Notes: a model not told the origin generated them from the letters alone. Positions 35,817-44,213 are shown, counted from the stretch's first letter. The stretch: 64,000 bases of DNA from a virus (IMGVR_UViG_3300046528_000065:1-64000), one strand, 5' to 3'. Made by a program: numbers and translations.

Positions 35817-36719
35817 GCTCTCTATTCCCTATTGAATAACCCACTTCTGAGCCTGTTCTAAGGCTCTACAGCATGCCTACACATGCATTGTGCTATGGCC
35901 CTACATGGCATGGCTTCAACAGGCTAGAGAGGCGCTATATAGGCCACATACGGCAGGCTATCAATTAGGCTCAAAGCTAGACTACATGCGGCATACAAGC
36001 ATTCTGTACAGAGTGCTATCTAATGGACTGTCCATCATAGTGGACAAGCTTTCCAGTATAGTGGATTGTCTGTATTGCATGCTTTGGCGTTAGACCACAA
36101 TTCGTCCCTTCTTCGTTTCTTCGCCACCCTTGGCACCAACGAGGCACATTTAATAGGGACAGAGTGGTGCTATCGAGTGCCTATCAAATGAACATATGAA
36201 CACCTATTCACATGTTGAAATGTGGCGAAGGGACGATCTACAGCAGCAGGACAGCGCCTGGAGGGGAGCTAGGGAGGCGAGAGGGGGAGGCTATGCAGGA
36301 CGCAGGCAGAGGGATGGCAAGAGCAGCGATCCGGTAGGATCAATGCCAGGGAGGGCGCTATAGCTGGCTAGGAGGGACCTAGGCGGGGCAAGGAAGGGGC
36401 ACAGAGGGGGAATGGGGGGCAAGCTGGCAGGGAGGGACGCTGGAGGGATGGCTAGAGTGCGACGAGGAATGGGCGCTAGGAGTAGGCTATTCGGCTGCTC
36501 ATGCACAAATCGATACGGGCATTTGAACTTGTTTATGAGTCCGCATGCCATATTTTTTAGGCAGGGAAGGGGTGGATATTGGGCATCACCGGGCACTGTT
36601 AGACCGCACAGGAGCCATTGCCCCGAAACAAGGAAGTAGTCCCCTCGATATATTTACCAGATGGCCTGGAAGCAACTCCACGAAGAGGGTCACTTCTCAA
36701 AAATTTTTATAGCCAAAAT

Positions 36720-36757
36720 GCAAAAATGGAGGTTGCCTCAAAAAGAAGCACCTCCAC
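36720..36757 (-). terminator. intrinsic terminator downstream of the recombinase
   Basis: Minus strand TGGAGGTGCTTC-TTTTT-GAGGCAACCTCCA followed by TTTTT. Confidence 0.6.
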
Positions 36758-36839
36758 CTGGATATTTTCATGCTGCTATTTAGAAATATGTCTTTCTAAT
36801 CAGCACACTACAAAGATTTTCTAAAGTTGTTTCTAGGAC

Positions 36840-37502
36840 TCACCTCCACCTGGAAATCACGCGGCAAACGCTAGTTGCGCTCCATTCCCCACCGCGAGCT
36901 GTCGGGGTGCATTGCTCATTCAGTTCCTGAGCGATTTCCGCATACGTCATCCCGCACGTAACCATGCGCTCAATAGGTGGCCTCACTTTGGCAGCGAACC
37001 TATCAGCCTTCTCTTTGAGCACCGAGACAGCCTTCTGGCGTGCTTCATCCAGATTGGTACGGTTGCCCAGGATGACACCACGCGCTTTAGCTGCTGCCAA
37101 CCCTGCCTTGGTCCTCACCCCAATCATCTCACGTTCTTTGGAAGCCAAGCCGCTGAAAATGATTTCCACAAATGGGTCGGCATCCTCACCCTGCTCGATT
37201 GCCACCACCTTCTTTGACTTCATCAGCGAGCGGGAGATATCGAAGTCACGACTGGCCCTGTCGCTCTTGGTGACAACCACTTGGGCCTTCATCTTCTTTG
37301 CCATCGCCAGGGCAGTGGACATGACAGGACGATCCTTTAACGGAGTTGCACCAGAAATCACCTCGTCCATGATAGTGATTAAGTTATACCCATGATGCTT
37401 TGCCCAGCGCTCGATTTCTGCACGCTGACTATCGAGGCCATTTTTGGACAGGCCCTGCTCACGGGTGCTGACGCGACAAACTCCGATGAAAGATTTGGTC
37501 AT
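36840..37502 (-). CDS. small serine recombinase (resolvase/invertase family) with C-terminal HTH-type domain
   Basis: Catalytic CRVST; DEVISG; VVTKSDRASR; arm EREMIGVRTKAGLAAAKARG. Confidence 0.92.
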   Translation of the reverse strand: MTKSFIGVCRVSTREQGLSKNGLDSQRAEIERWAKHHGYNLITIMDEVISGATPLKDRPVMSTALAMAKKMKAQVVVTKSDRASRDFDISRSLMKSKKVVAIEQGEDADPFVEIIFSGLASKEREMIGVRTKAGLAAAKARGVILGNRTNLDEARQKAVSVLKEKADRFAAKVRPPIERMVTCGMTYAEIAQELNEQCTPTARGGEWSATSVCRVISRWR

Positions 37503-37534
37503 GGTGTGGCTCCTAGATACGTTTAGATATGTGT

Positions 37535-37563
37535 ATGGTACACAAATGAAAACGCTATGTCAA
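37535..37563 (-). promoter_or_regulatory. sigma70-like promoter of the recombinase
   Basis: TTGACA-N17-TACCAT. Confidence 0.75.
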
Positions 37564-38022
37564 CAGCGATTCACCATGAGTCTTCAACAAACCTTCGGCC
37601 CTTGCCCACACGTTCTGCACGGACGACGTGTACCACTTGGCGTCTCGGTAAGTCTTTACGTCATTGTTGTTAAGATGTTCCGCCAACTGGTAGAGCGTCA
37701 TACCTTGATCCCTGAGTGGCTTAATAATCTTGTAAATCTTCAAGGCAAATTCATTTGCAGCCTTAACCATAGATTCCCCACCCTTCTTTGCGGCTTCAGC
37801 GAGGTTAGTCTGGTTCCCGAGTACAACTCCCCTTTCCTTGGCCCTGCGAAGACCTTCTTTGGTAAGCTCGGCATGATTGTCTCTACGCTTCCAGCCACCT
37901 TCGTGAACACGGTCGTGGCAGCAGCCACACAGAGGGACTGTTTGTGTGCCACCTAAACTTTGAGGAATTACGTGGTGATCTTCTGTTGCAGGCTTACCGC
38001 ATTCAAAACATTTCTTATCCAT
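37555..38022 (-). CDS. HNH endonuclease fused to a serine-recombinase arm and DNA-binding domain
   Basis: CFEC...DHHVIP...GG...LCGCCHDRVH; C-terminal ~90 aa aligns without gaps to the adjacent recombinase. Start moved to MDKKCF. Confidence 0.85.
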   Translation of the reverse strand: MDKKCFECGKPATEDHHVIPQSLGGTQTVPLCGCCHDRVHEGGWKRRDNHAELTKEGLRRAKERGVVLGNQTNLAEAAKKGGESMVKAANEFALKIYKIIKPLRDQGMTLYQLAEHLNNNDVKTYRDAKWYTSSVQNVWARAEGLLKTHGESLLT

Positions 38023-38197
38023 GATAGCCTTTCTTATATTATACAAGCCAAACAATACGTTTAGCCTTCTTAATACAACAATGTTATCACGGAAAGTTTT
38101 GTTGTCAAATAACAAGCCCTGTCAACTAACAGCACAAACAAAAAGGCCCGCCAACAGAGAACATTCCCGTTCCCCGCCAACAGGCCCTTCTCACCAG

Positions 38198-38392
38198 TCA
38201 CTTGCTCGCAACACCGTCACCGAAGCCTTCATCATACCCGTCGCTCCAGCTTGTATCGACATCCCTGTAGTATGCCACCTCCTCACGAAGCTCTTGCAGC
38301 AAATCCTCAGCATCCTCCCAGCGCACGTAGCGCCCATAAGAAACAGGAAGCTCTCCAGCATCATTGATTTCGTATCGTTGAATGTCAGTCAT
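38198..38392 (-). CDS. acidic small protein, I[QK]RY paralog family
   Basis: IQRY...GRYVRWED. Confidence 0.7.
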   Translation of the reverse strand: MTDIQRYEINDAGELPVSYGRYVRWEDAEDLLQELREEVAYYRDVDTSWSDGYDEGFGDGVASK

Positions 38393-38403
38393 CGCATCAC
38401 CAA

Positions 38404-38601
38404 TCAATTAGCCGAATCGAGCGCAGCATCCCAACGCTCGTCAAACTCCAACTTAGAAACAATCCCTGGATTCTCAAGCTCCGCAATCCTAGCCTTCAGT
38501 TCCCTCACCTCCTCCAAATAATCTCCATGAGCCACATACTGCCCATTCTTGGCTTCCTCCAGTCCGAGGTAACCGACCTTGTATCGTTTAATCTCAGTCA
38601 T
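38404..38601 (-). CDS. small coiled-coil protein, I[QK]RY paralog family
   Basis: IKRYKVGYLGLEEAKNGQYVAHGDY. Confidence 0.75.
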   Translation of the reverse strand: MTEIKRYKVGYLGLEEAKNGQYVAHGDYLEEVRELKARIAELENPGIVSKLEFDERWDAALDSAN

Positions 38602-38824
38602 GTTTACTCCCATTAGCATAACCTTCTTCCCAACCCTTATCGTAAGCATCTTCCCTGGCAATCGCAATGTCATCCTTCAGCTTCAAGATTTCCACTTTCA
38701 TGTCTTGGACAACTTTCAAGTGGTCGTCATACAGCACATAGTCGCCCCACTCGCTCTCTTCTATGCCATAGTCTCTGTCATCTTCGTAACGCTGAATTGT
38801 TTGCTCGCAAACGCTCTCACTCAT
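38594..38824 (-). CDS. acidic small protein, I[QK]RY paralog family
   Basis: IQRY...GDYVLYDDH. Confidence 0.75.
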   Translation of the reverse strand: MSESVCEQTIQRYEDDRDYGIEESEWGDYVLYDDHLKVVQDMKVEILKLKDDIAIAREDAYDKGWEEGYANGSKHD

Positions 38825-39018
38825 AAGCCCTCCTTCTTCCGAAAAGAAAACGTAGTCTCCCAGTGCTTGTAGTCACAGGTCTCCACAAGCTCGTAGTCGG
38901 AAATATTCTTATCTTGATTCTGTAAAATCCACTGTGCAGCGAAGCATTCTTTGTTCTGTGCCAGTGTACGTTGTGCTAGTAGGACGATTTCTGTAATGCT
39001 AGTCATCACAGCCTCCAC
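38821..39018 (-). CDS. hypothetical protein
   Basis: ORF track; packed. Confidence 0.6.
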   Translation of the reverse strand: MEAVMTSITEIVLLAQRTLAQNKECFAAQWILQNQDKNISDYELVETCDYKHWETTFSFRKKEGL

Positions 39019-39269
39019 GAATAATTAGAGTCCCTGCCATCGCTATATCCGCTACTACGTGCATTCTGCAACTCTTGTGCATGCAGCCTCTTGATGCGCT
39101 CAATCATGCCGATATAATCCGAGAACGCCACCCACTCCACACCATCACGCATATATCGCTGAATCTGATATGGGTCATTAGCCTTCTTGTCAGCCTCGCG
39201 CTGTTCAGCCTGCTTCTTGAACCTTGCCATCAGTTCTTCAAATTCTTTAGTCCCCTCTTTATACATCAA
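39006..39269 (-). CDS. small protein, I[QK]RY paralog family (divergent)
   Basis: IQRYMRDGVEWVAFSDY. Confidence 0.65.
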   Translation of the reverse strand: MMYKEGTKEFEELMARFKKQAEQREADKKANDPYQIQRYMRDGVEWVAFSDYIGMIERIKRLHAQELQNARSSGYSDGRDSNYSWRL

Positions 39270-39835
39270 ATCACCTCCCTAAGTTTCTCCACCAATGACA
39301 GGCGTGCAACGCCTTGCATAACTTGCCCCCTAATCTCATCCTCCGTGTGCTCCCTATCTACCTTATCTTCAAACCGCTGCTTAAATCCCTTCGGCAGAAG
39401 AAGCTCGACATCCACGCCTAGCGTGACACCTGCCACAGCACCTGCAATGTCCACACCTGTCTGCCCTCCTGAACGAATTTGCTTCAGCGGGTAATACTCT
39501 CCCACTTGTGCGAGGATTTTGTAGACATACAAATTGGCTTCCTCTTGTGACATCTTCTTGTGCAGCGTGTAAATACCATTACCTGCCACGTTGATTGTTG
39601 CAGGGGCTTTACTCCCGTTCCTAGCGAGACGCTTAAATAGCAGCCGCGCATTCTCAATCCAAGGAAGCACAGGATCAAGCTTCAAATACTTCTCCCCAGC
39701 CGCCTTACGCGTCAGCTTCTCTCCGGCTGTACTATAATCGACAGCAATGGCAATTGTCACGTCGCCCTTTGCAGCATTGACGTATGTGCGAGGGGCGTAG
39801 CTGCTGCTTGTGTGTTCAAGGATGGTTAGTGTCAT
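39266..39835 (-). CDS. circularly permuted YpsA/SLOG-family (molybdenum-carrier-like) protein
   Basis: YAPRT..N....D.T...G.KLT; INVAGN; IRSGGQTGVDIAG located C-terminally. Confidence 0.7.
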   Translation of the reverse strand: MTLTILEHTSSSYAPRTYVNAAKGDVTIAIAVDYSTAGEKLTRKAAGEKYLKLDPVLPWIENARLLFKRLARNGSKAPATINVAGNGIYTLHKKMSQEEANLYVYKILAQVGEYYPLKQIRSGGQTGVDIAGAVAGVTLGVDVELLLPKGFKQRFEDKVDREHTEDEIRGQVMQGVARLSLVEKLREVI

Positions 39836-40041
39836 TAGTCGTCCTCTGCACTGTACGGACTGCGATCTTCGTCACCAAGATCGATTGAGAAAATAGACGA
39901 GTCATCAAGCCGCTCTTTTAACTCTTCAATTTCAGATTGAAGTTTCTTGACCTCTTGAACGTAGTCGCCATGCTGGACGAACCTCCCTCTTTTGGACTCC
40001 TCCAAACCGAGGTATCCCACATTGTAGCGTTTAATGTCCAT
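39835..40041 (-). CDS. small coiled-coil protein, I[QK]RY paralog family
   Basis: IKRYNVGYLGLEESKRGRFVQHGDY. Confidence 0.75.
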   Translation of the reverse strand: MDIKRYNVGYLGLEESKRGRFVQHGDYVQEVKKLQSEIEELKERLDDSSIFSIDLGDEDRSPYSAEDD

Positions 40042-40390
40042 AGCATCCCTCCTTCAATTCAAGAATTAACCCCGTCACCGCAGCCATCGTCCACTTAGCG
40101 TTATTCTCAAGAAAATAATCAATCCCCGTATAATGGGCCTTGAACGTCTCATTATCAATGCAGCATTTCTTCATTGCTTTCCTAATACCCTTTGCAGAGG
40201 CTGGTTCGTTGTATGTGGGCATTCTCACTTTATACTTGGACGCAAGTTCACTCCAATGAGGCATATCGAGATAATCAAGTTTGTAGAGGTGCTCGTTTTC
40301 CTTGTTAAAGGCCGCTGTATCAGCCCGTTTCTTGTGTGCCGCTGCCAGATATTCTGCACGCTGCTCTGCTGGCATGTCATAGAACGCCAT
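40031..40390 (-). CDS. hypothetical protein
   Basis: ORF track. Confidence 0.75.
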   Translation of the reverse strand: MAFYDMPAEQRAEYLAAAHKKRADTAAFNKENEHLYKLDYLDMPHWSELASKYKVRMPTYNEPASAKGIRKAMKKCCIDNETFKAHYTGIDYFLENNAKWTMAAVTGLILELKEGCYGH

Positions 40391-40494
40391 AAGCCCCTTT
40401 CATAGTAGTGTTTTGAAGGCTAAAATCAATTTGTTGTCCCTAGGACGTAGGTTGAGACAGCCTCGTGTGTTTAAAGCGTTTTGTGCGTTATTTA

Positions 40495-40773
40495 TCAATA
40501 GAGAAGCGATTCCTTAATCTTATACTTGTAGAACTCGTCGCCCTTGCTAAGCTCTCCGTTCGGCCCCAGCCAATCCAGAACAACTCGTGCCACTTCTGTG
40601 TGGAAGAAGTAGTCTGCGCTGCCTCTAACACTTTTTGTGGGTAGAGAATGGTCAAGGTAGTGCCTGATAGGAGGCTCGCAAATTGTTGTAGTGCCAACTG
40701 ACAAGCTAGACTGGTTTGGATACTCTGCGATGAATTTGAAGAATTCCCCCTTGCTTACTGTTTTGAACATCAT
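40495..40773 (-). CDS. hypothetical protein
   Basis: ORF track; ATGA overlap. Confidence 0.7.
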   Translation of the reverse strand: MMFKTVSKGEFFKFIAEYPNQSSLSVGTTTICEPPIRHYLDHSLPTKSVRGSADYFFHTEVARVVLDWLGPNGELSKGDEFYKYKIKESLLY

Positions 40774-41297
40774 TTCCTCCCTTTCGTCAATTCATCGAAA
40801 CGTCTCATAAAGTAAATATAACTCATATGACTATCCCAAGCAATAATACTATTCGGGTAAGCCTCATAGCCAACATAACATTCTTCCTTCACACATGGCT
40901 GCATATCGCGCCTCTCCGCTAGGAAAACTTTGATGTCGGCATCCTTCACACATGCATGTAGAGGAAACTTGACACCAAATCGCTTGCACAAGTCTGCCTC
41001 AGCACGCTTCTCAAGCTCGATGTAGCCAGGAAGAAGCCGCTTCAGAGGGCTGGGGACATCTGCCATGAACGCTTCTACACTGTCGTGAAGGAGGCCCGCC
41101 AGGGCGTGTTCCTCTGGCACCACTTTGCTGACGATGACGCTATGCTGTGCGACGCTGTAGGCTCTAGCAGTTTGTCCGCTGAAGCGCGCCGTGTGGGACA
41201 GGCCCCTTGCGATATCCGTAATGTCATAGCGGCTTCGCTCAGGGCATTCGTAGTCGAAGTGGCCTCCGTTGAGAAGGCTGATGGACGTGGAGTTCAC
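40770..41297 (-). CDS. HD-domain phosphohydrolase (YfbR/YfdR-like 5'-deoxynucleotidase)
   Basis: DIARGLS...RFSG...YSVAQHS...LLHDSVEAFMADVPSPLK...AD; GTG start inferred. Confidence 0.85.
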   Translation of the reverse strand: MNSTSISLLNGGHFDYECPERSRYDITDIARGLSHTARFSGQTARAYSVAQHSVIVSKVVPEEHALAGLLHDSVEAFMADVPSPLKRLLPGYIELEKRAEADLCKRFGVKFPLHACVKDADIKVFLAERRDMQPCVKEECYVGYEAYPNSIIAWDSHMSYIYFMRRFDELTKGRK

Positions 41298-41416
41298 TCT
41301 TCTTCCTCGTCTTTTCGCTTGCACTCTATGCCGAATTCTAGCAAACCGACTTCAATCTCATCTGTCGTCAAGTTTTCTATGATATCTAAGGCAAACTGGT
41401 AAAATCCCTCGTTCAT
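41294..41416 (-). CDS. acidic small protein (40 aa)
   Basis: Start MNEGFYQF after AGGAGG. Confidence 0.55.
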   Translation of the reverse strand: MNEGFYQFALDIIENLTTDEIEVGLLEFGIECKRKDEEEE

Positions 41417-41506
41417 ATTCCCTCCTAAATTTGTACTGTACAGCCACTGTATCCCAAAATTCTTGTGCGTGCAAGCAATTTGTAAGACTTCCTGTCCCAC
41501 AAATAG

Positions 41507-41526
41507 AAAAGCCGCCCGAAGGCGGC
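41507..41526 (-). terminator. intrinsic terminator
   Basis: GCCGCC-TTCG-GGCGGC-TTTT on the minus strand. Confidence 0.75.
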
Positions 41527-41530
41527 CCTG

Positions 41531-42178
41531 TTATGCTTCTTGTGGCTGTTCTGCTTCGACAGATTTCTTACGAGTGGCGCGAGGTTTCTTTGCAGGAGCG
41601 TTCATCTTCTTTACGGCTGCTGCAATGATTTCGTCACGCCTCTGAAAGCGTTCCATTGCCTCCTCTGCCGTCAGGTAGAACTCCTTGCCATCCAGCACGC
41701 GCGCAATCTCGCTAGGCGTGAGGAATCCCGCGTAAATCTCGTTCACCAGCCGTTCGATAGATTTAGTGCTGTGCACAACATTTGCGTCCATGTTACCACT
41801 ATGCCCATAGAAACCATAGCTTGCCGTATGAATCATGATCGTGGTGTAGGGATTGATATACACCTCGTGAGCAAGCATCATAAGAATCGTGCCCGCTGAT
41901 GCAGTGTCAGACTCTACGTGCATGGCAATGTGCGCTTCAGTAGTACGCATTGCTTCGATGAGAGGGATGATTGCGTGCAAGGCCCCACCATCAGTAGAGA
42001 GCCGGATGTGGGCAATGTCACCTTCCTGGGCGTTGTTCAGGTAGTCCACCAGTGTAGCAAACTGACGCACGTCTGTAAATCCATCGTCAATCGTGCATTG
42101 GTAGCATTGATTCAGCGGGATTGCTTTCACCTCGAAAGGCTCAACTTCTCGCTTAAGAAGTTTAAAAAGATCGGTCAT
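41531..42178 (-). CDS. ClpP-like protease subunit
   Basis: LSTDGG; ASAG (catalytic Ser); MIHTA (His); FYLTAEEA. Confidence 0.85.
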   Translation of the reverse strand: MTDLFKLLKREVEPFEVKAIPLNQCYQCTIDDGFTDVRQFATLVDYLNNAQEGDIAHIRLSTDGGALHAIIPLIEAMRTTEAHIAMHVESDTASAGTILMMLAHEVYINPYTTIMIHTASYGFYGHSGNMDANVVHSTKSIERLVNEIYAGFLTPSEIARVLDGKEFYLTAEEAMERFQRRDEIIAAAVKKMNAPAKKPRATRKKSVEAEQPQEA

Positions 42179-42187
42179 GGTTCCTCC

Positions 42188-42472
42188 TTAATTAGTTCGC
42201 TTGGCCCACTCGACGGCTTTAACAATGATGTCGCCGTGGCAGGGTTTGGGTTTGCAGAAGCAGCCGAGAGTTTTGCCATCCAGTTCTCGCAGTTGCTCAA
42301 GAGTCACTTCGCCGTTCTTGACGAGGTTAAAGAGATGTGCGCGGTACTTCTCAATCACAACGTCTCTCGTGTCGCCAGCAGCATCGTTGATTGCAAAAGG
42401 GTTGCCCCAAACACTCCCTCTGCCAATGTAGACATCGTAAGGTTCTCTGTATTTATTAACAACCTTGCACAA
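42188..42472 (-). CDS. DUF4326 family protein
   Basis: DVYIGRGSVWGNPF...LGCFCKPKPCHGD. Confidence 0.9.
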   Translation of the reverse strand: MCKVVNKYREPYDVYIGRGSVWGNPFAINDAAGDTRDVVIEKYRAHLFNLVKNGEVTLEQLRELDGKTLGCFCKPKPCHGDIIVKAVEWAKRTN

Positions 42473-42482
42473 AGGAGCCTCC

Positions 42483-43262
42483 TTAATTGTTGTAGTACAT
42501 CTTCACGAAAGCTTTGCAAAGCCCTGACCTGACAACATCAGCAGGCGTGAACGTCACAATACCGATGTTATCGTCCAAACACTGAACATCACTATCGTCA
42601 AGATATTCCGGTTGGCTGTCCAGCATGCGGGCGATGAGGTCGATTGTGCTAATCAACCCACTTGCACCCTTCAGGTCATTCTGCTTCTGATCGCCCGTGA
42701 ATACAAACTGGGAAGCATCTCCAATACGAGAAAGAATCATTTCCAGTTCGTCAGAGGTGAGGTTTTGGCTTTCCTCTACAATCACCATCGCACGCTCTAC
42801 ACTCATACCACGCATATGTTCGATGCTCAGCATCTCTACAACATTCTTTTCAGTGCAGTAGGTGAGGAAACTTTGTCCCATGAATGTTGCAAGGTGAGAG
42901 AGCGTCTGCTTGAAGAAAGGCAGCAATTTCTCCTCCAAGGTGCCCGGTAGCATACCCAACGACTTGCCCGTAGAAACATTGGCACGCACGAGATAAATCT
43001 TATCAATCTTCTTCAGGCGAAGCTGCTCAGCAGCGTAGTAGGCAGCAATGAAACTCTTGCCCGTACCTGCTGAGCCTTGTGCAAACACCACCTGACGGCC
43101 TTCCCGTAAGAATGCTAACAATTGCTTCTGCCGAGGGTTGGCAGGTTCCAGTTTTGTGGCATGTTGCTGCCGAGGGACAACCACTTCTCCGTGTACAACG
43201 GGAAGAACTTCTCCCACTTTTTCGCGCCTAGACATGCGCTCCTGCCGTTTGTTTCGAGACAT
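42483..43262 (-). CDS. phoH: PhoH-like ATPase
   Basis: GSAGTGKS; GMLPG..EEKLLPF; MRG; VEESQN; GD..QND. Confidence 0.92.
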   Translation of the reverse strand: MSRNKRQERMSRREKVGEVLPVVHGEVVVPRQQHATKLEPANPRQKQLLAFLREGRQVVFAQGSAGTGKSFIAAYYAAEQLRLKKIDKIYLVRANVSTGKSLGMLPGTLEEKLLPFFKQTLSHLATFMGQSFLTYCTEKNVVEMLSIEHMRGMSVERAMVIVEESQNLTSDELEMILSRIGDASQFVFTGDQKQNDLKGASGLISTIDLIARMLDSQPEYLDDSDVQCLDDNIGIVTFTPADVVRSGLCKAFVKMYYNN

Positions 43263-43348
43263 TGATAACCCTCGTGTTAGTGTTGAAAGACATCCCTGGC
43301 GGGACGAAAGAGATGCGCTTAGATTATCATACGACTCCTAAATGTCAA

Positions 43349-43564
43349 TTAGTGAGGCTCCAACCATTCTACGCGGTCTGAGTAATTTATTCCCTCCAGC
43401 CCGCAGTTTTCCATGTACAGCCTGACGAGGTAATACCCATCAATAAGGTCTACGGCCCCGATGTCTGTAATGTAGGTAAAACTGTAGTCATACCTCACCA
43501 GAGTGCCTCTGCGGAGCTTCCAAATCTCAACTTCCGCGTTAGCAAACTTAACCAGCATCGCCAT
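43349..43564 (-). CDS. hypothetical protein
   Basis: Start moved to MAMLVKF after AGGAGG. Confidence 0.55.
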   Translation of the reverse strand: MAMLVKFANAEVEIWKLRRGTLVRYDYSFTYITDIGAVDLIDGYYLVRLYMENCGLEGINYSDRVEWLEPH

Positions 43565-43835
43565 CCTCCTTCTTCCAACGCTTAGTACGATTGGCCGCCA
43601 AGTTCTCCTGCATAACTTGCTTAGTGCGATCTTGCTTCCCAGCTTCAGCCTTGTTGACACGCTGCTGCATCAGTGCAATCGATTCTTCATCCCGATACAT
43701 TTCCACTTCGTAGTAGGTGAAGGCCGCGTTAGGGCACACTTCCTGGCTGACAGTCCAGCCGTATGTCATCAGTTCTGCCATCTCGTACAGGATGACGGGA
43801 AAGGATGGGTTGACGAGCAATTTTGTTTCTTTCAT
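43548..43835 (-). CDS. hypothetical protein
   Basis: AAGGAG RBS. Confidence 0.7.
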   Translation of the reverse strand: MKETKLLVNPSFPVILYEMAELMTYGWTVSQEVCPNAAFTYYEVEMYRDEESIALMQQRVNKAEAGKQDRTKQVMQENLAANRTKRWKKEDGDAG

Positions 43836-43966
43836 TTTGTGTTCTCCTTATCGTGCAAGTAAATTTCCCCGAAGCGGCTGTCTTCCAGGGCGTTTAGGTT
43901 GTCTTCGGACCTCTCATAGGCTTCTACGAGCAAATCGAGATAGGTGGGCGTGTCGTCTTCAAACAT
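43832..43966 (-). CDS. acidic small protein (44 aa)
   Basis: Hand translation MFEDDTPTYLDLL...; coupled overlaps. Confidence 0.5.
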   Translation of the reverse strand: MFEDDTPTYLDLLVEAYERSEDNLNALEDSRFGEIYLHDKENTK

Positions 43967-44133
43967 TAGCGGTCCACTACAGCCATGACGCGGCGATACA
44001 CATTTTCACTGGCATCGCCCTGCACAAGCAGGCTCCTTACCTCTTCGATAGCGATGCTGTGCGTGTCCACGTAACTAACGTTCACTTGGTGCAGACCCTC
44101 TTCATCGCGGTAGAACACTCTTACATTGTTCAT
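43966..44133 (-). CDS. hypothetical protein (55 aa)
   Basis: Hand translation MNNVRVFYRDEEG...; AAGGAG RBS. Confidence 0.6.
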   Translation of the reverse strand: MNNVRVFYRDEEGLHQVNVSYVDTHSIAIEEVRSLLVQGDASENVYRRVMAVVDR

Positions 44134-44213
44134 TCTTTCTCCTTAAAATTGTTGAGACAGACGAACTTTAGAGGAAAGATTGCCTACTGTCAAGGGCGAA
44201 AATGCTTGCTTGT

